A stretch of 63,879 bases of DNA, filler included, from Diploschistes diacapsis (lineage: Eukaryota), in assembly GCA_023645945.1 (NCBI GenBank). It is 5 parts of 5 records of this genome, joined end to end, with 100 filler letters (N's around TTAATTAATTAA, not from the genome) between each part and the next. Parts side by side here need not be neighbours in the genome. Positions count along the whole stretch, not along the records: positions 24,598 to 55,689 come from JALAIB010000120.1; positions 55,790 to 63,879 come from JALAIB010001200.1; 3 more parts are not named here. One strand, written 5' to 3'. Position numbers and translations under genes: made by a program. A model generated the notes under the pieces. It searched no databases, was not told where the DNA came from, and worked only from the letters and a program-made list of their open reading frames with translations. This document shows, one piece after another, positions 46,072-60,228 of this stretch. Each line of letters opens with the position of its first letter. Position 1 is the stretch's first letter.

Positions 46072-47391
46072 GGTGATGGATGTTTAGAAAAACGAAGGTG
46101 AAATGCGGTCCTTGAAAGAATAAACGACGGGACCTTTGGGCAGGTTAGTAAAGGGGAAGAGTCACTGCCACAGGGGAGGATACCGGTGCTAAAAGCCCCA
46201 ATTGAAAAAGGTTGCTTTGTCTTCCAAAATATGCGAAGTCGGAAAGCAGAGCCGATGAATGCCAGGTCAAGTTTAAGACAAAAAGAGGTCAGGCACAGAC
46301 CCTATAACAGAGCTTGCAGCTTATCGTCTATCTATCGCTCAAAAAATATTGAACGTGAAGGTTGGGAGGGTGTGTGGGGGTGTGTGGGGGGGCAGTTGAG
46401 GGTTTCAATTTTGTTAGGGCTGGCCTAACGCTCCCAACCGTGCACCACTATACACTAAACCACTCCGCACCGTTAGCAAAGAACCAATAAATTCACATTA
46501 ACAAGCGACAGAATTCTCAACAGACCAAGTCCACCATGCAATACCTTGTGCAGAGAGACCGGTGCGACCTTTGGTCTGTTGCCCGATGCTGCATAATTTC
46601 GTCCTTCCTCCATGCAGATGCATATCGAGAGAGAGCGATCCCGGGCATGCTCCAGGTAGAGTACTGCTGATGCGCATGAATAAAAATCAGTTAGCTGAAG
46701 CTTAATATGCTACCTATACTATAGGTCGGACATCCGAGAATGGCCTTCAGGCGTCATCCCTCACCATATACATACCCCACCTTACCAAGACCACCCACAA
46801 CGATGGTTGGTAAGCATACAATGACAGCAGCGCTTCGAGCACTACCAAGGGCTCTTACAGACGGAACCTCAGCCGGTGATATCAGCATCTCTAAAAACAC
46901 ACAAGGATGAGGTTTTGATTAACAACGTTGAAGCTTTTCATTCGTCCCATACATACACATAGCCAGCCTTAGGATCTGCCTGGGCTTGCTCGGTCCATGA
47001 AGCTGCTGCTATAGATCGCGCTTTTCCAAGGTCGCTTGGCCGCGAGCTCGGGAACTTCCAAGATCCATGCGAGAACTTCATAGCTATCCCAAGCATGTAC
47101 CTCCGGGAGCGCATTAGACCAAGCTATTGCGTTTTTCCGCCGGACCCCGCAGGCTGTTTCATCGCAATCGTGGCTAGATAGCTCCAAGCTTTTTTCAGAC
47201 CAAGGGTAAATGCCAACCATCCGTGGCCATCATGAGCCCCTAAACGCCCCACCGATGCTCTCAGTACCATGAACTGCACAGAAGCCCATCCAACGCCTTG
47301 CCGCATAGCTGCTCAATTATCATACAAGTATGGCGTGACAGGGCGTGAAAGACCATTTATGGACAGAAGTGGAACCAATGGACAGACGTGA

Positions 47392-48735
47392 TCATAATAT
47401 GCCGGATTCGGCGAGGGCATTATGTAGAATGGTATCTTTAACCGCGGCGAAGACGAGCTTGATGTTCGAGGTATCTGTAGCTTGTGTGAGACTAGGTGTA
47501 GATTAGCGTGACGCAGGGAAGAGGTTTATTGTTGGCTCTCACTGGGGGTAGAGGTTCAGGTGAGCTCTGTTGACTTGATTGAATCGCCATAGAAGGTATT
47601 TCGCCGCCTTATTCACATCGTCGCTGCCGGTGTAGTCGGGGAAGTATCTTTCAAGCGGAGATCTCCCAAGCTTGGCTTTGAACAGATCGACTTTGTTCAG
47701 GAAGAGGATGATACTAGTCCTCATGAACCATCTAGAATTGACGACCGAGTCGAAGAGCACTAGACTTTCCACCATGCGATTCTGTAGATTTGTAAGCATT
47801 AATGCGGAGAACAACCGCTGAGAGTCCTACCTGACTGCTTTCCTCTAGGAGTACCTGGTCGTACTCACTCAGTGCCACGCAGAATATGATCGACGTGACG
47901 TTCTCGAAACAATGTATCCACTTCTTTCGCTCGCTCCGTTGTCCCCCAACATCGAACATGCTGGAGCAGGCCTTAGCAAACTGCCGATTCCACCAAAGAC
48001 AGTACACTTACTGTATGCTCAATTGCCCCATCGTAAACCTTGTCTCGTATATACCAGTGGTCTTGGTTCTCGCTCGGAGAACGTCGGCCTCATTTGGTAT
48101 GTAGTTGGGGCTTGCTATTCGCGTGACCTCCTCGAAGAAACTAGACTTCGTGTCAGCGAATGGTCGAGGGTGGAGAGAACATAGAGAGCTTTTGCAGCAA
48201 CGTAACGCGAAACATACTACGGCGCGGAGTCCATCAGGTAGAATTCACTCTGGTGCTCCATAACTCTAGCATAGCTCATATCGTGACAGACCGCAGCGAT
48301 GGCCTCTGCAACTTCCTGTTCAAGAGTCTTCTGGGGGTCTGGGTCCACCTGGTAGTCCATGAGGTACTCACAGTACCGTGTTATTTTCTCATCATCGGGT
48401 ATCACGTCGAACTGCTCCATTGCAGCGATCAGTGATTTCGCACAATCAAGAACATTCTTGTAGATTGTAAGTCGGTAAAGCGCGAGCTCTTCGACGGTGT
48501 AACCATTCTGATGGATGATCTTCATCTGCTTGACGATTGTTGATTTGCCGCTCTCGCCAGAACCTGCCGATTATTAGGTCATTCCTGATCTGGTAGGCGA
48601 AGACGTACCTAGAAGCAATATCTTGCACTCTTTTCTTAGTCTTCTTGCATCTTCTTCCAATGCCGCGTCGATAGCCCGGCTCTTCTTCTTCTGCTCAACC
48701 TCCCCTGCATTCTCAGAACTCATGCAAGCTCCCAT
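47392..48735 (-). CDS. GPA2: Heterotrimeric G-protein alpha subunit, fungal group III (GanB/GNA-3/MagA type), 6 exons
   Basis: MGACMS myristoylation site, [51 protein letters not shown], ends DSGIL*. Confidence 0.95.
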
Positions 48736-49589
48736 CTTGATTGTCTGTACTAATCCCAGACCTAATTCGATCCTCTGCTTCCGCCGTACGAGCTTTCGAG
48801 CTTGTTCAGTGCCAATGCGTAAGTTGCTGACGTTGTAATATCGATCTCATTCAAGATCCGAAGATGAGCTACTGACTAGCGCTTGGGCCAGCCAAGAGAA
48901 TCAGGCGCTCCAAATGGACCGGTTTCAGATTCAGAAACTAGTCGTCGTACCCGGTAATTTAGTGTCTAGATTTACAATATCGTAGCAATGGTGTCGCTGT
49001 GCTGGCGGGATGAGTCCAGCGTCGCCGCTGATCGGATGTTGTATTGCAGGTGTTGGTCGCACGTCGCCGGTGTGAGCTCATTCGGAGGCACAGGGTTGTC
49101 GCAGCCAAGCCACTGACAGGTTCCAAGTTAACGTGTAAAGAGCCTCTGTCATAGCCTCATAGCACTGACTTTATTGGGAATGTTTGCAACCGCGAGGCAT
49201 CTGGGTTCCGCTGATGCGCAGGTTGTGTGCGGCTTGTTGGGCGGTTGCAGGCGGAGTAGAAGCGGGCAATGGTTCATGTACCAAGTAATCAAAGTGAGAA
49301 CGGAAGCGGTGAGTAGCAGGTCTTGATTTTATCTTGTAGGTGTAGTCTAGATGGCAATAGGCTGTTGCAGGTTGAAGTCGTTGTTGCTGCGTTGATTCTG
49401 TAATGTCAGAAGATAGTCTAGCAGATGTAGAAAAGTCGTCATGAGCGCAGCGGTGGTGGTATGTGCAGTATAGTATAGTACAGGCAAGTACTGGGTACTA
49501 CTGGAGGGCCACGGACCAGGCAGAACGTGCTTGTGCTTGCTTGCTTGGCACTTGGTTACTCTACTGTATATACATATATATATATACCT

Positions 49590-50600
49590 TTTTAACGGGA
49601 ATTCGGCCACTTTAAATCATCATCATTATTTTATGGTCTTTAAACATATTTCATCCGTTATAATCCGAATTTAATCTATCCCAATCGAGATTATTATACT
49701 TATTAAACAAAGTAATGGTGTTAATGTGTTTGACGGGTTACTGACACACGCCCACAATTAGGCCACGTTATATTATTAAAATTTATTTAACGTTCCTATC
49801 TCGGACTTTGACCTTGGCGCCCTAGTTGTCAAGCCCCTTTAGGTTAGCCTTCAGCGTTAGCCCTTTCGGATTAGCTGCTGACAACATATTAGTAAGTTCT
49901 ACAGTCTAAGGGCGTAGAAGCGTATTTTAATAATTACGGATTCGTATCGGGTTTTATTTATTCAAAAACTATTGTTCGAGTCCGTAAATAGCCGATGTTA
50001 TTAATTACGAAACTTAAAAAATTTTTATATAAAAAAGTTTTTTTGCCATTCTTTATTGATGTATCAAATATTAAAAATTCTGTACGTAAATATGGTTTAA
50101 ATTTTCGCGTTGATTGAATGCGACTCCATTTTAATTCAAAATCTTAATTATCACGTATTTTTAAAGCATTTTATATCGACGATATTTTAATAGAGGGTAT
50201 AATAAAGTGATAGTAGCGTTAGCGGCAGCGTCAGTAACGGGATTAAAGAATGCTGGGGTGCTGGAGGTGCTGAAGGTACTAGAGGTGTTGGGGGTGCTGG
50301 AGGCGTTGCAGGCGTTGCAGGCGCTGGCGTAGGTAACGCTGGTGCTGGGGGTGCTGGTTTAGGCCTAAATTATAATCGAAAGGTCCAAATGCGCTATCAA
50401 ATGCGTCATTTGTCATTTTAAAAGCCTCGAAAAGGTGCTCGAAAAGAGGTTACGTACTAGCGTAAAGATATTTGACAGGAAAAAGTGCTTATAGCATCTA
50501 AAATAAGCTAAATTAGCGTAAAATTGTACAAAATGGTTTAAATTTCGTAAGCGAAGGTTAAATTGTTCCTTTTATAACCTTCCGCCCCCAGACCTTACAG
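49590..50600. mobile_element. Composite AT-rich transposon relics including a pogo-like end
   Basis: 49599-49680 aligns with 62688-62771; AT-rich body with CpG survivors; GC-rich 9-bp-period repeat at 50252-50357. Confidence 0.6.
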
Positions 50601-51395
50601 TAGTTGACGATTGAATCAGCATCCGCTAACGCCAATGAAGCTTCTTAGGGGAGACTAACCCGAATGGGGCTTAGGCTCCACTATTGGTCTAGGTCCTAAG
50701 GCAACATTCGAATACATCTTCCCAAAAAACATCTGAATATTTTTTTCGACTACCACGACAATCTTTCACTTTGTCAGGTGACTTGTTTCTTCCATTGTAA
50801 TCAACTGGACGCAAATTCAGTATCAGTAATTATCCGCGTATCTAAGTTTCTCGTTCAATTATTATACGTTAATTAATTAAATTATAATTACGTTTAAATA
50901 GAGTGTTGACCCGTGTCGCAGCATTTAGTAAGAGCTTGCTATTGGTCGAGTTTTGGCCAACGACGATGGCACTGGGGGATCCCCCGGCCACGTCTTACTT
51001 ACTCTACTACTACAGTCTACAGAGTATTGCTCGACTGGCTTAGCGGGTCAAGAAGTAAAGACCCCGGGCCGGTTAGCAGTAGTAGACTCCGAGATCGTAC
51101 TTTGCCAGTAGCTTTAAATTGGAGAGAGGACCTTTTACTCTTCCGTACGAAATGCCCCAAACATCCTAAGCGATTGTCCACTCCGACTTCTACATCCTCA
51201 ATTGTGAAAAAGCTTCGTCTCTGCTCCAAGAGCTTCACATATCATCGCTGAACTACCTCCACATTATAGCTGCGGACAAGGCTCCGTAGCTTCGCAGCCC
51301 CACCTACACCGACCCATCGATATCCAGGAGCAACTAGTCGTACAGTAGGAGTACACAATCTCAACGGCAACCAGCTCCAAGAACGCGCTCTCAAT

Positions 51396-52908
<1,513 letters not shown>

Positions 52909-53436
52909 AGGGTTTTTGTTGCGAGCTCGGAACGTGGACTTCGGAAACGGGATCATGCAGGTCATCATACCGAATTAGCAGCAAGATACCTCGAAATAGC
53001 ATTGGCATCCCTTGTTTTGACTGAAATGTCCATAGTGGGGGTAGCGCGTGGCTTATTTGTTTCGGCCAAAGGCATAGACGGGTCAGCAGCTTTTTAATGG
53101 ACTTTATCCGTTGATAGTAAAGAGCTCAGTTCTCCATTCAAGATTGGTATGCTCTCAATCATAAAGTCAAGTACAAATGAATCTGATTATTCTCCTTGCT
53201 ATTTCGGTTAGAGGTAATGCTCTATGTTTTGTTTTGCATGCACCATGAGCTGTACATTCAAAAACCCTTGCTTTCCCCACATAGCTATATTCTGAATCTC
53301 ACACCTCAACGCCCTGAGCAATTGACTGGAATCCGCATTTTCTACCTCGCTTTGTATTCTTGTATCCTTGTATCCTAGACGTGGGAACATGGACAGACTT
53401 CACTCTTCTCCATAGCTTTTTGCCCGATTGCCTACA

Positions 53437-55689
53437 ATGGCCGCAAAACCTATCTTCTCGCCTGCCATTTGCGTGGTGGGCTTTCACCATGCCCGGTATG
53501 ATTAGCTCCGCAGCTCTGCTCATTTGCATCTAGTTTCCTACCTTACTAACCAGAGTACTGATAATCACTCTAGAGGCCCCGAAATAGAGACGTGGTTCGG
53601 TATCGACCCCAACACCGATCCCGCCGCAGACAATGACTGGAGTTTCCTCCCCTTCATGGCCCTGTCTGATGGGGCGCATACGTACGCTCTGTCATTCTTC
53701 ATCCCAAACTCTTCCCTTCTGTACCGGCAATGCTGACGTGCCATCATATGCTGGACAGCTTCTCGGAAGACTTCTCCTACTTCACCCTTCGGAAAAAGGC
53801 CATGGGCGAGTCCGCCGCTACTTCCGTGTTCGGCATGTCCTGCACACGGCAGCTGGATGCGAAAGAGTTAATTGAGAGGCCAACCGATGTTACGCGGAGT
53901 ACGGTGCAGAAAAGCGTGGTGATAGTCGCACAGGGTCCGCATTTGTTTCCGGGTTGGAGGGAGAAGCTAAGTCTGGTGACGAGGGCGTGGTTCATGCAGA
54001 GGTAAGCGGGAACTCGACTATTGAAAATGGTACTATTGAGAGTATCAATTCACTAAATCGCCATGCGTCTCGGAAGCATCGGGCATTATTCTAGCATCGA
54101 AGTGCTCCGGGGCCAGATGACGATAGCTTGTCTGTGAAATATCCCTAACGGTCGTTGGCTAATACAGGTGTTCACAGGGACTTTCGAGACACCCAGATCT
54201 TGAAGGTTGGTGAGTGACCGTGTACAGAAGCCGCCTGGAATCCGCTAACAGTGATGGCAGGACTTTCAGGAAAGTCTAGGATCTGACCTTGACCCTGATG
54301 ATAATAGGGAGCAATTTATGGGTATGTGTTGCTTCTGAATGGAGCCAATCGGTGGCTGACATGTTCAGGGCTATCCTTGAGAGAGCTCATTTATGAGTTC
54401 AAACACCTGGCACTCGTTCTGTTCAAATGCAGCTTGCTTCAAGCAAAGGTAGTAATCACCACCCACCTCCTCTAATGTAAGCTAATGCGAATAGATGTTG
54501 TTCTTCGGCTCGAGGTGTGAGAGGCTTTGCATGATACAGTTTGGCCTGATATCGCTCATTCCCGGTTTAATACGGCATTTGGAAGACTGTGCAGATCCCG
54601 AGCTCGACAGCTACGAAAAGAGCATGGTGCAGCCGTCGTCATTAAGAACAAGCGACCGGAATTCTTGTGGGTCTCTTGTCCCGTGCATGTTATGTTCGCT
54701 CACAGGCGATAGTGTTATCGTATATGGGGCTTCCCCTCCAGATTTTTGGCAAGGTAAGCTGGTAAGCCATTCGGTAAATATGTACTAAGATAACTTCGAG
54801 GGCTGTCATTTTGGACCATACACGCCCCTGCAGCAATTGGATATGCTCGCAGATCACGATACGAAATCATATTTTGTGGGCTCGACCAATTCCCTGCTCC
54901 TGCAACAGAAAGACCGCTATTCAGACGTAATTATAAACGTATCACAACCCGCCATTCATCCCTCATTTCTTCACTAACCACCCCAGCTTGATGATACCAC
55001 TGTTTCCATTACATCCTCCTTCCTTCGCTCATCCCTTTCCCTGACCCACGCCGACCGCCGCTGGATTGACTTTCTCCACGCCAAAGTCTCTGCGACCTGG
55101 GACCCTTCCGACCCTTCCCGCCCAACAAACCATGGCTACCTTGGCTCCGAAGAGTTTATCCGCCTACAGTTCGAAGAGTATCTCCTCGCCCTTCTCTCCG
55201 CCACGAAGTACCACCTCTACCTCTACTCCGTCCCGCACTCGAAACGAGATCTCTCCGCCTTCACGGACATCGAGGGCGATCCCTCTCTCGACTTCGGCGA
55301 AGCCTGGCTCGAAGCCTGGAAAGTGACTAGCAATTACAAGCTATGGAACAAGTACACGGACTCCCATCTTTTCGACATCGTGGACCCGCGGCACCCGACA
55401 GCCGGGGCGCTATCGATAGAGGACGTCAACAGGAGGCTGGCGGCGCAGATCGAAGACCTGCATTTGGAAGAGAGGTTCGCAACAAGCAAGGAGACCATCA
55501 ACAAACACCTGGCCAGCGGCAAGAAGCAGGTGAGCACGGCCTTCAACAACCTGTGGGCGGACGTCGAGACGTTCCGGAGTGCACAGCGAGCGAAAGCCGT
55601 CGCTGCCGGCTACCAAGACCCCTTCGCTACTCACTCTAACCCACCCATCGCGGTAGGTTCCAGCGCCCCCTCGCCACCCCCAACAGCAC
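53437..55689 (+). CDS. AVL9: Late secretory pathway protein Avl9 (DENN-like), multi-exon, 3' end lost in the gap
   Basis: CVVGFHHARGPEIE, LPFMALSDGAH, FGMSCTRQL, DVTRSTVQKSVV, GPYTPLQQL, GSTNSLL, GSEEFIRLQFEEYL. Confidence 0.92.
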
Positions 55690-55789
55690 NNNNNNNNNNN
55701 NNNNNNNNNNNNNNNNNNNNNNNNNNNNNNNNNTTAATTAATTAANNNNNNNNNNNNNNNNNNNNNNNNNNNNNNNNNNNNNNNNNNNN
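55690..55789. other. Artificial contig spacer
   Basis: N-run with central TTAATTAATTAA. Confidence 0.97.
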
Positions 55790-55936
55790 GGGTCAGATAT
55801 AGCTATTATTCGATTAATAGGGCTTCAAATCAATCACTTTTAGAAATATTTTGCTTTAAATATTTACTATTATAGTTTTGCTCTTGTATCACGTATTCGG
55901 TTATTAGGGTCTGTTCGGGTACTAGGGTCACGACTA
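55790..55936. mobile_element. End of a pogo/Fot1-like DNA transposon relic
   Basis: TCGGTTATTAGGGTCTGTTCGGGTACTAGGGTCACGAC|TA, reverse-complement homologue of 12741-12782, preceded by AT-rich sequence. Confidence 0.6.
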
Positions 55937-56181
55937 TATCCATAGACTAAAAACTGTCCTCTGATTGATTCGAATTAAGGTCTAATCTGCTATATACCCT
56001 GATTCCTGATCTACAACATCCCTCTGTGGCTTCATAGTCCGCTCCTTACGTACTGCGAAAAAGTTCACCTTCGTACCATATCGGCACTTGTTCAGGGAGG
56101 AGTTTGCTTCACTGTGTTCAATCGCTCACGGGCCTCTTCTGGCGGCTTCTTCATCTATAAACAACTCCCTAGGCAGTCATC

Positions 56182-57512
56182 ATGGCTGACGAAAAGCGAA
56201 AAGATGATTATACGATAGAGATGGGCGAACGCAATGGCGACCGCTTCGAGCCTCCAAGGCCAGCTTACCCTCCACCGGCCCCATCAAGACGAAACATAAT
56301 GGGCCATCCGATGACACCCATTCTCAGCTATTGCTGCTCTTCCATCCTCATGACCGTGCTGAACAAATATGTTCTATCGCCGAATTTCACACTCAACTTC
56401 TTCCTTCTCATGGTTCAGGTTCGTGGAAACCAGGCAGTGGCCGCAAAAGAGTAGACGGCTAATGGAATGTTACAGGGCCTAGTCTGCGTTACTTTCATTC
56501 AATCATGCAAAACAGCTGGCCTGATCACCTATCGTGATTTCAATGCCGATGAAGCCCGAAAATGTATGCATTAATGCTTCGGCTTATCCGTCTCCCGTTC
56601 TCTGATCTAACATCGTCTTAGGGTTCCCCGTCTCCCTTCTCCTAGTCGGTATGATCTATACTGGCAGCAAAGCAATCCAATTTCTCTCCATTCCTGTTTA
56701 CACCATCTTCAAGAACCTGACCATTATCATCACGGCCTATGGCGAGGTCCTCTGGTTCGGTGGCTCTGTGACCCGTCTTACACTCTTTTCCTTCGGCCTC
56801 ATCGTCCTGAGCTCCGTCGTCGCTGCCTGGGCCGATATCCAGCACGCGCTGCAGAGCTATGGCCACGCTAGCTCCGAAGCCTCCGTTAAGATCAGCGTTT
56901 TGAACGCAGGCTACATGTGGATGTTGATAAATTGCTTCTGCACCAGCACATATGTGCTCGGCATGCGGAAGCGCATCAAGCTGACAAACTTCAAGGACTT
57001 CGACAGTGAGCCCCTTCGTAATGCCCAACCTAAACTTGCCCGCTGACGCCGTGTTACCAGCAATGTTCTACAACAACCTCCTTACAGTTCCCATCCTCGC
57101 CCTTACCACCTTCTTCTTCGAAGACTGGTCCGCCGCATCCTTGAACCAAAATTTCCCACCCGAGTCCCGTAATAATATCATTATCGCAATGGTCGTCACC
57201 GGCCTCGGCACAGTCTTCATCTCCTACACCTCCGCCTGGTGCGTGCGCGTCACCTCAGGCGCAACGTACTCCATGGTCGGCGCGCTAAACAAGATCCCCA
57301 TCGCCGTGTCCGGCTTGGTCTTCTTCGATGCACCAATAACGCTGCCAAGCGTGTCTGCTATCATGATCGGTGCTTCGAGCGGTATCGTGTACGCTGTTGC
57401 GAAGATTAGACAGCAGGAGGCGAGCAAGAAGAGCGCGGGACTGCCGACTACGGCGGCGGTAGGGATGGTCAGCGCAAGCAGTCAGAGTGCAAGGGACTCG
57501 ATGCGGTCTTGA
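56182..57512 (+). CDS. VRG4: Golgi GDP-mannose transporter, 4 exons
   Basis: [46 protein letters not shown] motif. Introns 56419-56475, 56564-56621, 57006-57060. Confidence 0.96.
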
Positions 57513-58130
57513 GATTAAGTGAGCTAGAGGCGAGTTGATGTGGTCTGATAATTGGGACCATGGAGAGCATGCAATAAGCTGTTGTGGATATGTAAGACAT
57601 ATAAGGAAGGAGCTGAGGTAGGTTTTTCGCTTGCAGAACACTCCGCCAGCACGGCGTATTGCAGTGGCGCTTCGGGCTGCTAATGATAGAAGAGGAATAT
57701 GCGGGACGAAAGGCATCTCCACCAGGTGTCTTTGGGTTGTTTCGAGGAACGGAGCACGGGCTGGACTTGGAAACGCCCTGCGTTTTCAACGCCGTTGTAC
57801 ACTTTAGTGGCGCGGTAGAGCACTGTCGGATCCTTGAAATCTATCCGTTTCTCTAAGTTATAATTTCTGGTGTTTAAGCCTGACTGCCGATAATCCCACT
57901 TATCGAGGCGTGGAACGCAACCACTTGAGGGCTGCAAAGAGCCATGGATGTGCTCTTCTGGCAGTGGGCAACGGCGTTACCAGCCTTCAGCGTCCTTGCA
58001 CGGAAGCCCGTCTTCCTCGGGCCCATGTGAGCTTGAGCAACGGCCACCTTGCATATATCGAAGGGCACGTCTTTGAGTGGGGCCGATGTGGCGTCCAGTA
58101 TAGTTATACTTTCGTACCCCCCTCTGACCA

Positions 58131-59719
58131 TCACGAAACCAGCGTACCCGGCATCGGCCCGGGCATGTGCCATTCCACCTCCGCCCTCCCGCCAGCCACG
58201 TTCGAGTTCTCACCCGGCATATGCGTTGATACCCTGCCATTCGTGTTCCCAGCTCTCTTTTCCACAGAAGCTCGCGCCATCCCCATCGCCGCCGTCGCTC
58301 TAGCGTCCTCTCCGGTACCGAGCCCGAAGCCCCTCCGCCTCAACCCATCCCACTCCCTTCCCACATCCTCCCTCTCTTTTCTTCTCTGCTGCCCCTCTTC
58401 TAGTTCCCGTCTAGCTTCCTCCCGTAGGTCCCTTTCACCTTCACTGCCGCTGTCCTCGGCCACGGCGCTCTTTCCTCCCTCCTTGACGACATTCTTCATC
58501 CGTGGCCACAGGCTGGGCACGACGATGCGCTGTGTGCGCGGCGAGACGCACCGCTCCTCGAACCAGCCTCGGAGCTGCGCCTCGATGATCTGTGCGATTT
58601 TCGGTATGTCCTGCAAGCGGCTCTTACTGCCCAGCAGGGAGCGCGTGCTTAGCGATAAGGTATACGACGGGGAAAAGGAAAAGGATAGAGTTGTGGGGGT
58701 CCGCTTCCCCGGTGCAGGTGGAGGCAGCATCGGCAAGATCGGTGCAGTAGCTGAGTTGCTAGCAATTGTGGTGCTATCCGGTACCGGAGCACTAGACGCG
58801 GGTAAGAAGGAGATGCTGAGCGTGCCGGAGAACCGGACGACACTGACAGAGAGGGCGACGGGGAGAACGGCGATGCGCGGGCGCGGGTAGTTGAGCACCA
58901 TTGTTGTTTCGATACCGAGGGTGAGTGAGTCAGAGAGGTCGACGTCCATTCTCGCCTGTAGCCTCCCTCCACCTCCTCCTGCCGCTCCCGCCCCAGCGCC
59001 TGTCGCCTCTTCATCATCTGCCTCGACAGGCCAGACCCGACAGTTACTGAAAATCGGGAATTCCTCGCCCAACCCAACCTCCGTTATGCGCACAGGCCCC
59101 ATCCAAGAAGGCTTCTTCTCGCCATTGAGCAATGCGTTTAGGCTGCCTACAAGATTGCCTTCTGCCAGCGCATCGCTTCTCAGCTGCGCGATGGTCTGCG
59201 CGATCAGCACATTGAACCAATCCAGGCTCTCGGGCTGGTGGGCTGAGACATTGTAGTATGTTTTGGAGAGTATACTTGCTGGTGTTGGGGGAGGGTGAGG
59301 GCGGAGGATGTGGGTTGAGGACTTGAGTCTGAGAGTGGGTGAGCGGGGTTGTGAAGAGTGTTTACCAGGAGAGGAGGAAGTAGAGAAAGAGATGCCGCGG
59401 TCCCGTTGGGGGCTAGGGGCAGAGATTCGAGGGCTGGTGGCTGTAGTAGAAGAAGACGGTTGGGGTTCGCCGAAGACGAAGAATTTGATGAAGGCGCCGA
59501 TCAGGAGGACGATGGACAGTTGGCCGAGGATGAAGCCTTGGATAAAGGAGAGGCTTTAAAGTGTGTTAGTGAGGGACATTGCATGAGGCGAGTAGGATCC
59601 TTTAAGGGAGGAATACCTCGAGGTCTGAGAAGACGTTTGCGCCGGCCCATCTGCACTCAGTTAGCTTGAGGTATATCATTAGGTACCAGGGGACTTGACT
59701 TGCTTTGTATGGTGGACAT
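58131..59719 (-). CDS. MMM1: ERMES subunit Mmm1 (SMP domain), 3 exons
   Basis: LSFIQGFILGQLSIVLLIGAFIKFFVF TM, HQPESLDWFNVLIAQTIAQ, LGEEFPIFSNC, RSLLGSKSRLQDIPKIAQ. Introns 59703-59651 (GC-AG) and 59616-59554. Confidence 0.95.
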
Positions 59720-60228
59720 GCTAAATAAAGCTCAAAGATTGTGTTACCGCATCATAGGCTACTCATCAGAGATCTCTGTCAGGTTGTAGGACCGGAGAAA
59801 TCCTTCTATACATACATGACGTCGAGGGCGAGGCGGGAATTCGTCCCATCGGAGCCAAGTCCGATGCGACATTTGCAAGAAAAAGGACTTTTCGTAGTCC
59901 TGAATTCGAGTGCACACATGGCTCGTTCTCAAATGTAATCTGGGATCGCAACACCTAGATACAACCATGCTCTGGCCTACTTGAGTTCATCGTCATTGGG
60001 CTTATTTGTTCATTGGCACTGGAACACGTATGGCTTATTGCACACGGCGCGCAATATAGTCTACCAAGCTATATAGGAACTTGATTTCCTTTGTATCTTC
60101 GAGGCTTTGACCTCTGGTCTCTCAATTCTGACTATACATCGCCAAAAGCCAGACCAATTCCACAGCAGGCCTTTACCCGTCTCCCACCTAGCCGCACATG
60201 GCAAAGCAATACATGAACTCGAGAACTT

